Source: Acidobacteriota bacterium (GTDB lineage: Bacteria > Acidobacteriota > CAIWXX01). Taken from it: 64,000 bases of DNA. How positions within the stretch are numbered: position 1 is the stretch's first letter; every line of letters starts with the position of its first letter. The stretch is taken from positions 35,067 through 99,066 of the forward strand of contig JBFMAF010000044.1 of the NCBI GenBank assembly GCA_040755995.1. The letters run 5' to 3'. A model generated the notes under the pieces. The model worked only from the letters and a program-made list of their open reading frames with translations, was not told where the DNA came from and did no database searches. Below are positions 27,599-36,166 of this stretch, in pieces. The position numbers were made by a program, and so were the translations under genes.

Positions 27599-30415
27599 CT
27601 AGAAGCTGCCGGCGCACGAAGAGTGGCACGCCGAGTGGCACGCGGAATGACAGGCACAGGCCGAATGGCATGCCGAGTGGCACGCAGAGTGACAGGCCGA
27701 GTGGCATGCGGAGTGACATGCTGAATGGCACGCGTCGTAACCCGCCGCGATCGACCCTGCTATGGCGGGTGCCAGCGGGCCGCCAGCGGCGGCCAGCTTG
27801 CGGGAGTCCCCATCGAAGTTGAACAGGCCCTCCAGCCGGTCGACTGTCGCGCGCGCTCCGCTCTCCACCGACTCCACCACCCCCTGCGCGAACTCCTGCA
27901 CGCGCTCGACCGCACCCGTGAGCGTTCGGACTTCGCGCGACGCGCCGAGTACCGAGAGAGGGGAGTCGAGCGCCGCGTTCGTCCCGATGGGCTCGAAGCT
28001 CCGGTTCAGATTGGAGAAGAAGCTGTCGTGGAGGTAGAGGGTCGTGTAGTGCGTATCGAAGTAGGATCGCTGGTCACGCGATGAGAGCCGCCGGAGCTCA
28101 TCCCAGGCCGAGTCGGCGGATCGGCGCTGCGCATCGGCCGTGGCCTTCATGTCGGCTCTCCAGATCTTCGGCTGCATGCTCTTGGCAATCGCAGCGAGTA
28201 TGGCCTGCACGCCTTCGCGCAGCAGTGTGCCTTCTTTGGTGACGTGCGTGAGCAGCGCCTTCTCCGGGTCGCTCTGGAACCTGCCCGAATCTAGCACCTC
28301 GACCTGCAGCGGATTCCTGCTCAGGATGCGCAGTGCGCCTCTCGCCTGAAGGCCCATGACCAACAGGTTGATCGCCTTGATCGGGCGATCGATGAGCATC
28401 GCGGCCTCGACAGGTTCCAGTTCCGGTATGAAGCCCTCCTTCTGGAAAGTAGCGACGGTGATCTCCGGCGAGACGTACGCCGGCGCCTTCTTCTTCATGT
28501 AGGTAGCCAGGTAGGGGTGGAGGCGCAAGATCCAGACCAGCACTGCAAGCACTCCGCTGATCAGCAGCCAGGCTGCGCGGAACGGCACGAGCACGGCGGT
28601 CCATCCGAAGAGAGTGCCCTTGGTGGGATGCAGCCATCGGAACTTGCCGGCGGGCAGGAGCATGTCTCTGCACAGACGTGTGCCGGCGATCTTGTCGACG
28701 ATGGCGAGCGGCCACCCGATCGTGATCAGCCAGAGAAGCAGCAACATCCAGTTCAGGAAGAAGGTCACGATCACCCAGGCGAGCAAGACTCCCGCGAACT
28801 CCGCCGCCTCCTCGTTGTCTCGCTGCGTCAGCTCGCCGTGGACCAGTCGCGCCAGAAAGAGGCGCACGCTCATAAAGAACGGCACGGGCAGGTTCATCGG
28901 CTCGGCAGGCAGCCAGGCAGAGAGTCGCAGAGGCTCGGCCAGGCGATCACGCCTGACCCATCGCAGCACGCACTCCGGCTGGGAGGCCGGGAGCCTGGGG
29001 TACGATCTGATCAATCGGAACCGGTTGTACTCAGGCCAGTCGACCGCCCGCGAGCTGATTTCGACTGCGTGCCGAGGCGGCTCGATCAGCCAGACCGGGA
29101 TACTGACCGACTCGTCCAGAGTGATCCCTGGTTTCACTGGATCAAGGACAGGGAGGCCGGAGTACAGGGTGATTTCAGACGACTTCAGCCGATCGCGAGG
29201 CGCGTATTCCTGATTAACCCCCCGAAAGTCCAGCCTGACGTAGGGCGTCCGACCCTCCAGGACGACTCCCACGCCGCGTTGGAATGCGTAACAGTACTCG
29301 TACGTGAGCTCGATGGTCTGGCCCGGCTCGCTCGGCGGGGAAAACCGGACCGAGTCGATTTCCGCCGAGCTTGCAGCCTCGCGGCCGTTCAGGCTGATCT
29401 TCGCGGGTGTCCCGTAGCCCAGTGGAAACATCCCCCGCGTGGTACGTGGTTCCGGCAGGAAGTTGCGCGAGCCCTCTTCTACGAAGCTGAGCGTCATGGC
29501 GACTCGGACCGGGTGTGGCGGCTCTTCGGCGAGCAGGTTCTCGGACGGCTTCGCATTGGCGAACACCTCGTACTTCTCCGATAGCAGATACGCCCGCCCC
29601 TCCGCGTGCAGCTTTTCCGCCGCCGCTGCGCCGCTCTCCTCAACGTCGCTCCCGGCGGCAAGCGCCGGCATGGCCTCGCGGGGGATGTAGAGGCGAGTGA
29701 AGTGAGTTCCCTCGCGTGGGACGTTCGTGCGCTCCGCGTAGAACGTCAGGCGCCGCGATCCCGCGTAGTCGGTGTAGACGAACGCCCACTTCTGCTGATC
29801 CTTCAGAACTTCCGGATCGGTTATCACACCTAGCTGGTCCACCATGGCCGGCGTGATGTCTTCGTGCCGTTGTACCTCGGCGGGAAGCGCGAGCGGCAGA
29901 ACGAGCTTGATCACCGATCGCCGCACGGGCATGCTCCATCGAACGGGGTTGAACCAAACCGCCAGCAGCCCCTTGCCGTCGCGCGTCGTGGGATCTGCGA
30001 AGCGGTGATTGCAGCGCATGTGCAGTTCGAGCGTGTACGTGCCTCCGGCGCGCGTCGGCCTCGCGAAGCGAACGCGGTAGTAGCCGTCGCCGACGGAGCT
30101 TACCTGAGCCTCAGTAGGCGCCTGCTCCGTGCGCAGATACGCTCGGGTAAAATGGGCCGGCTCGTAGAACTGCCCGATCTTCCTGATCTCCGAGCGCCCT
30201 TCGTTGTCCAGGAACTTCAGGCTGTAGATGACGTCCATCGCCCCGTTGTCCTGCACGAAGGCCTGGCTGTCGGCTTCGAGCAGCTCCACCGGATCGGCGA
30301 CACACAGGATCGCCGTCGCGAGAACCGATGCGATCGGCAGGGCGAAAGGAGCAAGCTGCGATCGAATGATCCAGCGGCTGCGGCCTGCACCGGTCTTGGA
30401 CATACCCGCCCTCAT
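27599..30415 (-). CDS. Large membrane protein (DUF2207-like architecture) with C-terminal Cys/His-rich (CHSA)n tail
   Basis: Signal-like N-terminus, extracytoplasmic region, TM block, LEPVEAAMLI motif, and tail YDA(CHSA)6CA(CHSA)2CHSSCAGSF. Confidence 0.8.
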   Translation of the reverse strand: MRAGMSKTGAGRSRWIIRSQLAPFALPIASVLATAILCVADPVELLEADSQAFVQDNGAMDVIYSLKFLDNEGRSEIRKIGQFYEPAHFTRAYLRTEQAPTEAQVSSVGDGYYRVRFARPTRAGGTYTLELHMRCNHRFADPTTRDGKGLLAVWFNPVRWSMPVRRSVIKLVLPLALPAEVQRHEDITPAMVDQLGVITDPEVLKDQQKWAFVYTDYAGSRRLTFYAERTNVPREGTHFTRLYIPREAMPALAAGSDVEESGAAAAEKLHAEGRAYLLSEKYEVFANAKPSENLLAEEPPHPVRVAMTLSFVEEGSRNFLPEPRTTRGMFPLGYGTPAKISLNGREAASSAEIDSVRFSPPSEPGQTIELTYEYCYAFQRGVGVVLEGRTPYVRLDFRGVNQEYAPRDRLKSSEITLYSGLPVLDPVKPGITLDESVSIPVWLIEPPRHAVEISSRAVDWPEYNRFRLIRSYPRLPASQPECVLRWVRRDRLAEPLRLSAWLPAEPMNLPVPFFMSVRLFLARLVHGELTQRDNEEAAEFAGVLLAWVIVTFFLNWMLLLLWLITIGWPLAIVDKIAGTRLCRDMLLPAGKFRWLHPTKGTLFGWTAVLVPFRAAWLLISGVLAVLVWILRLHPYLATYMKKKAPAYVSPEITVATFQKEGFIPELEPVEAAMLIDRPIKAINLLVMGLQARGALRILSRNPLQVEVLDSGRFQSDPEKALLTHVTKEGTLLREGVQAILAAIAKSMQPKIWRADMKATADAQRRSADSAWDELRRLSSRDQRSYFDTHYTTLYLHDSFFSNLNRSFEPIGTNAALDSPLSVLGASREVRTLTGAVERVQEFAQGVVESVESGARATVDRLEGLFNFDGDSRKLAAAGGPLAPAIAGSIAAGYDACHSACHSACHSACHSACHSACHSACACHSACHSACHSSCAGSF
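27614..27730 (-). repeat. Coding 12-bp repeat encoding nine CHS(A/S) units (11 Cys)
   Basis: Direct translation; synonymous codons differ between units. Confidence 0.95.
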
Positions 30416-30498
30416 AGCTATGTCAACTGTGCTGACTCTCGGGCACTATGCATCAGCGGGCGAATCGGTGTCAAGCTGACGCCGCGAGCCCTCAGCGA

Positions 30499-31356
30499 CT
30501 ATCCAGCGGCGCTGATCTCGTGAAGATCGGGGAAGGCGTCGAGAAGGCCTGAGGGCACCTCGATCTTACGGCCGTTGATCATCGACTTCAGGCGGAGTCC
30601 GTTGGCCACTGCCTGACCGCGGTAGTGGTTGTTCGCGATAATGTAAACGCTTTCGGTCTCGCGACCGATCTCGCCGATGCGCTCCGTCCACTCCTGAAGC
30701 TCCTCCGGCTTGTAGTAGTAATCGTACCGGCTTGCGACATCCGCCCCCTCCCTGAACCACTCCTTGTAGTTCCGCCCGTGCAGCCGCACGTAACCGACCC
30801 CTGATGTCGCCACCGCGGTAGGGTGGATGGACTGCGATATGAGCGGTTGGTCGATGTTGCAGAATCCAACGCGACGCTCGCGAAGGTGCCCGTAGAATCC
30901 CGGCACGTCGAATGAAGCATGCCGGATCTCCACCACGCACGGAAATGCGGCGAATGCATCCAGGATGCGGGCCAGCCGCCCCCTCACGCCCGAGACGTTC
31001 TTGAACGAGTACGGGAACTGTATCAGCAGCGCCCCAAGCCTCCCTTCGGATTGAACCAGGTTCAGGGCGGGCAATACCGCGTCGATCTCCTCCTTGCCGA
31101 ACGGCTCCGCATCATGCGTGAAACGCTGCCAGAGCTTGACCGCAAAGCGGAACCCGGGCAGCGGTTCGATTCGCTTCATCCAGCTCGACATGGTGCGGTG
31201 AGCAACCGGGTGGTAGAACGACGTGTTCACCTCGATCGCGTCGAACAGGCGCGCCACCTCGACCAGCCTGTCGCCCTTGCCCGGAGGGTACACGATGCCT
31301 TCCCAGTCCGCATACGACCACCCGGCCACACCGACCAGATACCTGCTGCTGGGCAC
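30499..31356 (-). CDS. DUF72 (YecE/YunF) family protein
   Basis: VGVAGWSYADWEGIVYP, IEVNTSFY, LLIQFP.SF, VEIRH.S, YVRLHGRN, RYDYYY. Confidence 0.92.
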   Translation of the reverse strand: MPSSRYLVGVAGWSYADWEGIVYPPGKGDRLVEVARLFDAIEVNTSFYHPVAHRTMSSWMKRIEPLPGFRFAVKLWQRFTHDAEPFGKEEIDAVLPALNLVQSEGRLGALLIQFPYSFKNVSGVRGRLARILDAFAAFPCVVEIRHASFDVPGFYGHLRERRVGFCNIDQPLISQSIHPTAVATSGVGYVRLHGRNYKEWFREGADVASRYDYYYKPEELQEWTERIGEIGRETESVYIIANNHYRGQAVANGLRLKSMINGRKIEVPSGLLDAFPDLHEISAAG

Positions 31357-31387
31357 TCATCCTCCTTGTTCGCCCGGCTCTCTCGGA

Positions 31388-32686
31388 TCACGCCACGTGC
31401 GGCGCGGGCGGCTCGACATGGTGACGCCGGCGGGGCCGCCGGCGTCTGCGCCGCCTGGCAGGCGCGCGCCCCGGCGCGAGCACATCCGCCTCTTCCATAG
31501 GCACTCCACGCCGCTCCAGGTCGGCTCGATACAGCTCGAAGCCCTCCGCGAAATGCTCGGCCTCCTGCAGCGCGCGCGGGATGCAGCCGTGCCGGTAGAT
31601 GGCCTGCCGGATCTGCTCGCATCTCATGATCTCCCAGTGAACGCACGAACGTGTCAGCTGGGCGAAGCTCAACCGTCGCAGGACGGGGTCGAGCACGTGC
31701 GCGAAGCGCCCTCGGAGAAAGGCGGTGAGCTCCTGGCCTTTCTCAGGAAGCGCTCTCCACGCGTGCGTCGTGAAGTACGGCATCAGAAAGATCCCCAGCA
31801 GCATGGGAGCGCTCGGGGGTTCCCTGGAGGCGGCCACGCGTTGATCGATGACGGACGCGGCTTCGAGGAGGTGGTGCAGGAAGTCGATGCGATGCGGGAG
31901 CCTTCCGGCACCGGGTATCTCGAACTCCGGGAAAAGACTGTACAGGAAGCCTGAAGCGTGGAACAGCTCAAGCACCGCGGCGAGCTTGGTCGAGACCAGA
32001 TCCCTGAGGAACTCCTCCCGTATGCGGTCGATCGCGCAAGCCATCACTGTCCGTTGCCGGTTCATCAGCTCTTTCCACGTCTGTGTTTCAACCTCGAATC
32101 CCGTGCGGGCCGCATGTCGCATCACGCGTATGATTCGCACCGGATCTTCGACGAAGCTCTCGGCCGGATCCTTGATCGTCCGTACGATCCCGTCTCGCAG
32201 GTCCCGAAGACCTCCCACATAGTCGATGACCGAGAAGGTGCCGATGTCGTAGAAGAGCCCGTTGATCGTGATGTCGCGCCGGCGCGCGTCCTCGGCGGGG
32301 GTTCCAAACGTGTTGAAGCGCTCCGAGGGTGCGGACTCCTCGGCCTCGCTCACATCCGGCACGCTCCTGAACGTCGCCACCTCGATTATCTTGCCGCTCG
32401 GGAAGTAGACGTGCACGAGCTTGAACCGGCGGCCGATGATGCGCGAGTTCCGGAAGAGCCTCCGCACCTGCTTCGGGTGGGCGTCCGTGCCGATGTCGAA
32501 GTCCTTCGGTGTCTTGCCAAGGAGCAGGTCGCGTACGCTCCCTCCCACCAGATAGGCCAGCTGCTTGCTGTGATGCAGTCGATACAGGACCTTCAGCGCG
32601 TCCGGGTCGATCTGCGACCGCGAAATGCCGTGCTGCGCTCTTGGAACGACTATCGGCTTCTCCGGAGCCTCGGGCCACGATCTCAT
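31388..32686 (-). CDS. pcnB: Poly(A) polymerase I
   Basis: AYLVGGSVRDLLLG..PKDFDI, PAP-type signature IIGRRFKLVHV, EDARRRDITIN, EDPVR, Arg-rich tail. Confidence 0.88.
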   Translation of the reverse strand: MRSWPEAPEKPIVVPRAQHGISRSQIDPDALKVLYRLHHSKQLAYLVGGSVRDLLLGKTPKDFDIGTDAHPKQVRRLFRNSRIIGRRFKLVHVYFPSGKIIEVATFRSVPDVSEAEESAPSERFNTFGTPAEDARRRDITINGLFYDIGTFSVIDYVGGLRDLRDGIVRTIKDPAESFVEDPVRIIRVMRHAARTGFEVETQTWKELMNRQRTVMACAIDRIREEFLRDLVSTKLAAVLELFHASGFLYSLFPEFEIPGAGRLPHRIDFLHHLLEAASVIDQRVAASREPPSAPMLLGIFLMPYFTTHAWRALPEKGQELTAFLRGRFAHVLDPVLRRLSFAQLTRSCVHWEIMRCEQIRQAIYRHGCIPRALQEAEHFAEGFELYRADLERRGVPMEEADVLAPGRAPARRRRRRRPRRRHHVEPPAPHVA

Positions 32687-32876
32687 ATTCCGCCGCCGGG
32701 TCAAGCACGACGAAGCGCGGTCGCGGCCCGACGGAGTCGCTCTGCCCGCATCACGCGTGGAGAGTGGAGTGCTCCAGTGCGGCGATGACGCACCGCGCCA
32801 AAGACTTGACTTGCTCGCGACACGTCTCTCGCCTCAGGCCGCCATTTCCAACTCGAGACAGGACTGGCCGGCCCCC

Positions 32877-34622
32877 TCACTGGACCTGCCCGCAGTTGCC
32901 GCAGTACTGCACCCCGGGCTCCACGATCTCGCCGCAACTCGCGCACGTGCGCGTCCCACGCGCGATCGTGACGGGCTGACCGACCATCACCAGGTACAAG
33001 GGGGCCACCATCCCGATCAATGGGACCAGCGGCCACAGGCCCAACCAGCGCGATCTGCCCAGACGCCGGCTGATCCGCATCCAGGCCCATATCCAGACAA
33101 CGAAGTTGAGCAGCGGCACGAAGAACGCCAGCAGCCACCAGCCCGAGAGGGCCGCGATGCGCAGCGTGAGATAAACGTTGAGGACCGGAAGCCATCCGAG
33201 CCAGCCGTTCGGGGTGGCCGTCCGCTCCGCCAGCGCCATGAGCACGAGGGCGAAGTAGATCCAGGCGAGCGCGCAGGGGATGGCGACAGCCAGCGCGACA
33301 AAGCCCGGATCAGCCAGGCGAGGCCCCTGGAACAGGTACAGCGCGAGAACGGAATAGGCCGCGAGGCCGACCACGCACAGCACGGCCAGACCAGTCCGCC
33401 AGACCGGCTCACGCCGGACCGATGGCAGCCCTACGGCGGCAGGCGCCTGCTGCAGAGAGCCGCCGCACTGCCCACAGAACTGCGCATCGGACGGCAGACG
33501 CGCTCCGCACGACGGGCAGGTGACATCTCGCGGTCCCGCTTCGGGCAGCGAAACAGGCGCGATGCTCCCTCCGCCCGAGCTTCGCGCGTAAGAGGGTGGC
33601 GCACCCGAACCGTCTCGTTGCTCGGCCCACTGCTGGGCGGAGGCGGGTGGTGGCGGTGGAGGAGCCTGAGGAGGGCGAGCCGATCGAGAGACCGGGCTGG
33701 AGACAGCCGGCGAGGATGGCGGCGGTGGTGGCGGCACTGTCCTGACCGGCCTGGACGGGGGCGGCGGGGGCGCCTGGTGTGCGGCTTGCCACGGGGGCAC
33801 TCCATCCTGCTCCTGCGGAGCTATCGACTTCTCTCCCGGGCGCTTGAACACGCCCGCTCTCTCGATGGGCACGCTTGGACTCGCCGTTGCGCGGGCCATC
33901 GCGGCGGCCCGCTCGAAGACCATCTCTACGCGGCCCAGGACGATTCGATCGTCCGGCTCGAGCGTGTAACGGTCTACCTTGGCATCGTTGACGTAGACGC
34001 CATTGGAGCTCCCCTTGTCGACGATCAGCAACCCGTCAGGTGATTCCTCGATCACGGCATGAAAGCGCGAGACGGTAGTCTCCTCGGCGAACGACAGATG
34101 ATTGCTCGTGTCGCGCCCGATCTTGAACGGTATCGTCGCGATCAGGACATCGTTCCAGGGGGCTGCCGGGTCGCCTGCGAACCGCCAGGACAGGCGGCGA
34201 GGTGAAGGGGGGCGGGGAGGCGGCCCGTCCGCGAACGCCGGTTGAGTCGTGACAGGGGTTTCGACACGCTCGGGTGCGGGCTTGCCGGCCCCCGCCTTCG
34301 CCACGGTCGAGGCCGAGAACGAGCTCCGCGCCAGCTCGAACTGCGTCTCCCCGATCGAGAATCGATCGCCGGCATTCAAAGTGCATCGCGTGATGCGCTC
34401 GCCGTGCATCCAGGTCCCGTTCGTACTCTGGTTGTCGACCAGCGCGACCTCGCCGCCGGGATTGATCAGGAGCTGCGCGTGATGGCGCGACGCGCCGTCG
34501 TCGTCCACGTGCACCCGGTTATCGCGCTCGCGGCCGAGAGTCGTCGTCCCGGGCTCCAACTTGATTTCGCGAACGTCGTCCGGTGTGCTCTGTTTCCAAA
34601 CTCTCAGGTAGAAGCTGCTCAT
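32877..34622 (-). CDS. Double-FHA, Pro-rich linker, zinc-ribbon membrane protein
   Basis: Two FHA domains (ASRHHA/STNGT; VSRFHA/SSNGV), Pro-rich stretch, CPSCG..FCGQCG, TM helices, terminal CASCG..YCGNCG. Confidence 0.82.
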   Translation of the reverse strand: MSSFYLRVWKQSTPDDVREIKLEPGTTTLGRERDNRVHVDDDGASRHHAQLLINPGGEVALVDNQSTNGTWMHGERITRCTLNAGDRFSIGETQFELARSSFSASTVAKAGAGKPAPERVETPVTTQPAFADGPPPRPPSPRRLSWRFAGDPAAPWNDVLIATIPFKIGRDTSNHLSFAEETTVSRFHAVIEESPDGLLIVDKGSSNGVYVNDAKVDRYTLEPDDRIVLGRVEMVFERAAAMARATASPSVPIERAGVFKRPGEKSIAPQEQDGVPPWQAAHQAPPPPPSRPVRTVPPPPPPSSPAVSSPVSRSARPPQAPPPPPPASAQQWAEQRDGSGAPPSYARSSGGGSIAPVSLPEAGPRDVTCPSCGARLPSDAQFCGQCGGSLQQAPAAVGLPSVRREPVWRTGLAVLCVVGLAAYSVLALYLFQGPRLADPGFVALAVAIPCALAWIYFALVLMALAERTATPNGWLGWLPVLNVYLTLRIAALSGWWLLAFFVPLLNFVVWIWAWMRISRRLGRSRWLGLWPLVPLIGMVAPLYLVMVGQPVTIARGTRTCASCGEIVEPGVQYCGNCGQVQ

Positions 34623-34793
34623 GGCGCCATGTTCATATCGCCGGGACCCATCACTCGATCCCGACGAACGATTTTACGCCCGCGCCGATGACGGCGCAAT
34701 ACGCGTCCGGGTGACGGGGTGACGGGGTGACGCGGGTAACGGGTGCGCGTATGGACAGTGGAATCGCTCCGAGGTGAAGCGGCCGTCGCGGCC

Positions 34794-35213
34794 TCACCAG
34801 TACTGCGGGGGCTCGGTCTCTCTGATCAGAGTTTGATCGGCGAATCTCCACCGGCCTGGAGCGAAGCTCTCGATCCTGAGGCCCAGGGCGTCGATGCCCG
34901 CATCGCTCACCAGCACTTCGGGATCCGCATCGGATACCAGAATCTTGAAAGAAACCTCGTGTCCCTCCCTATCGGCTGTGACGGCCCTCGCGTTGACCGT
35001 ATCGCTGGCGAGCAGGAAATCCACCTGGCCGCCGGCAGCCTCCATGGACTGCCACACGGCGGAGGAACGGTAGTCGCCGAGCACCAGCCCGGCGCAGCGG
35101 GCAGGCAAGAGCAGGTGTGGTTCGGCGACCTCGAAGCCCCCGTTAAGCACGGCGGTCGTGATCACAGGCTGCTCCCCCTGTCCGGTGATCTTGAGCCTAA
35201 TTCTTACCGCCAT
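34794..35213 (-). CDS. Hypothetical clan-AA (retropepsin-like) fold protein
   Basis: MAVRIRLKI...TAVLNGGFE...EVLVSDAGIDALGLRI pattern; Asn at the usual catalytic Asp position. Confidence 0.55.
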   Translation of the reverse strand: MAVRIRLKITGQGEQPVITTAVLNGGFEVAEPHLLLPARCAGLVLGDYRSSAVWQSMEAAGGQVDFLLASDTVNARAVTADREGHEVSFKILVSDADPEVLVSDAGIDALGLRIESFAPGRWRFADQTLIRETEPPQYW

Positions 35214-35456
35214 CTGCCGGCTTCTCGTCTGTGCAGCGAGGCCGCTGCGCTGCACTACCGCGCATGCCGCGCGGGTAGGTGAGTCGTCCAATCCGCGGCT
35301 TCTTTCCACGGCGCGCCGGTCTGAGCACCAGTATCTTGGCCCGATCCATGCTCCAAGTGTAGCACGCCGAGGAGATGCGCGGAAGTGGTGGGATCGCGGC
35401 GAATCGGCCCTTCCGAAGAGACGCCCCCGCACACAGCGCGACTTGTGTCGCGCTGT

Positions 35457-35846
35457 CTAGATCATTCCCACCGGGCGTGTGAGGTCGTGTTCGATTCGCT
35501 GCGAAAGGTTCACCCAGACTGTGTCTCTGGAATACGACGTGATCTGCACATCCCAGTCGCCCTTTGCGTTTCGGGCCTCGCTCCCGAACAGTTTGATCTT
35601 GTTCCGGGGCGTGAAGATCTCCCAGAACACGTATCCGAAGTCGGCGCCCTTCGGGCCGAAGACCCAGGCCGGCACTCGCGTACCAGGCTCGATCAGGACG
35701 TCGTTCACGGTCAGTGGGCGAAAGCCGAGCTCCGCGAGGCGTTTCTCGAACAGTTCGCGATGTTCGAGAGGAATGTCGTGCCGCACGCGCTTGACGCCGC
35801 GCCCGAGTATCAGATCGTCGATGGCATCCAGGAGCAGCTCGTCCAT
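35457..35846 (-). CDS. Conserved-looking hypothetical protein
   Basis: GAGG RBS before MDELLLDAI; protein-like composition (FGYVFWEIFT..KLFGSE). Confidence 0.6.
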   Translation of the reverse strand: MDELLLDAIDDLILGRGVKRVRHDIPLEHRELFEKRLAELGFRPLTVNDVLIEPGTRVPAWVFGPKGADFGYVFWEIFTPRNKIKLFGSEARNAKGDWDVQITSYSRDTVWVNLSQRIEHDLTRPVGMI

Positions 35847-35991
35847 AGAGACCTCATTATGACAGGTCCGCCCGGCTCGAGAGTGCCCGTGTCCGCGCCG
35901 ATCCTGGAACACCGAGCGGCTAGGGAGTCACGAGATAGTTGAAGCGCAAAGCGGCGTTGTTGAGACCAGCGGTCACAGCCGAGCCGGTGGG

Positions 35992-36035
35992 CTCAGGCCT
36001 TGCGCGGCCGAATGGCCGCAGATGCAAGGCCTGAG
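35992..36035. repeat. Palindromic REP-like hairpin in a divergent intergenic region
   Basis: Perfect 12-bp inverted repeat CTCAGGCCTTGC/GCAAGGCCTGAG enclosing GCGGCC-GAAT-GGCCGC. Confidence 0.6.
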
Positions 36036-36166
36036 GCCATCCCCGCGAATACAGCGCGTCGCACACTGTGCTGACTCAGTCAATCTGTTGTGGACTTGTG
36101 ACGCGCTGTATAGAATCGGCACGCGTGCATATTGAGTGCTTGCGCAACTGCAAAAGGAGCCGAGTC

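Noticed and set aside
27614..27730. CHSA repeat as a CRISPR array, multiheme cytochrome or His-Xaa-Ser precursor
   Set aside because: It has a 12-bp coding period with no spacers. The spacing is overlapping CxxxCH rather than CxxCH, and the motif is H-S-A rather than H-x-S.
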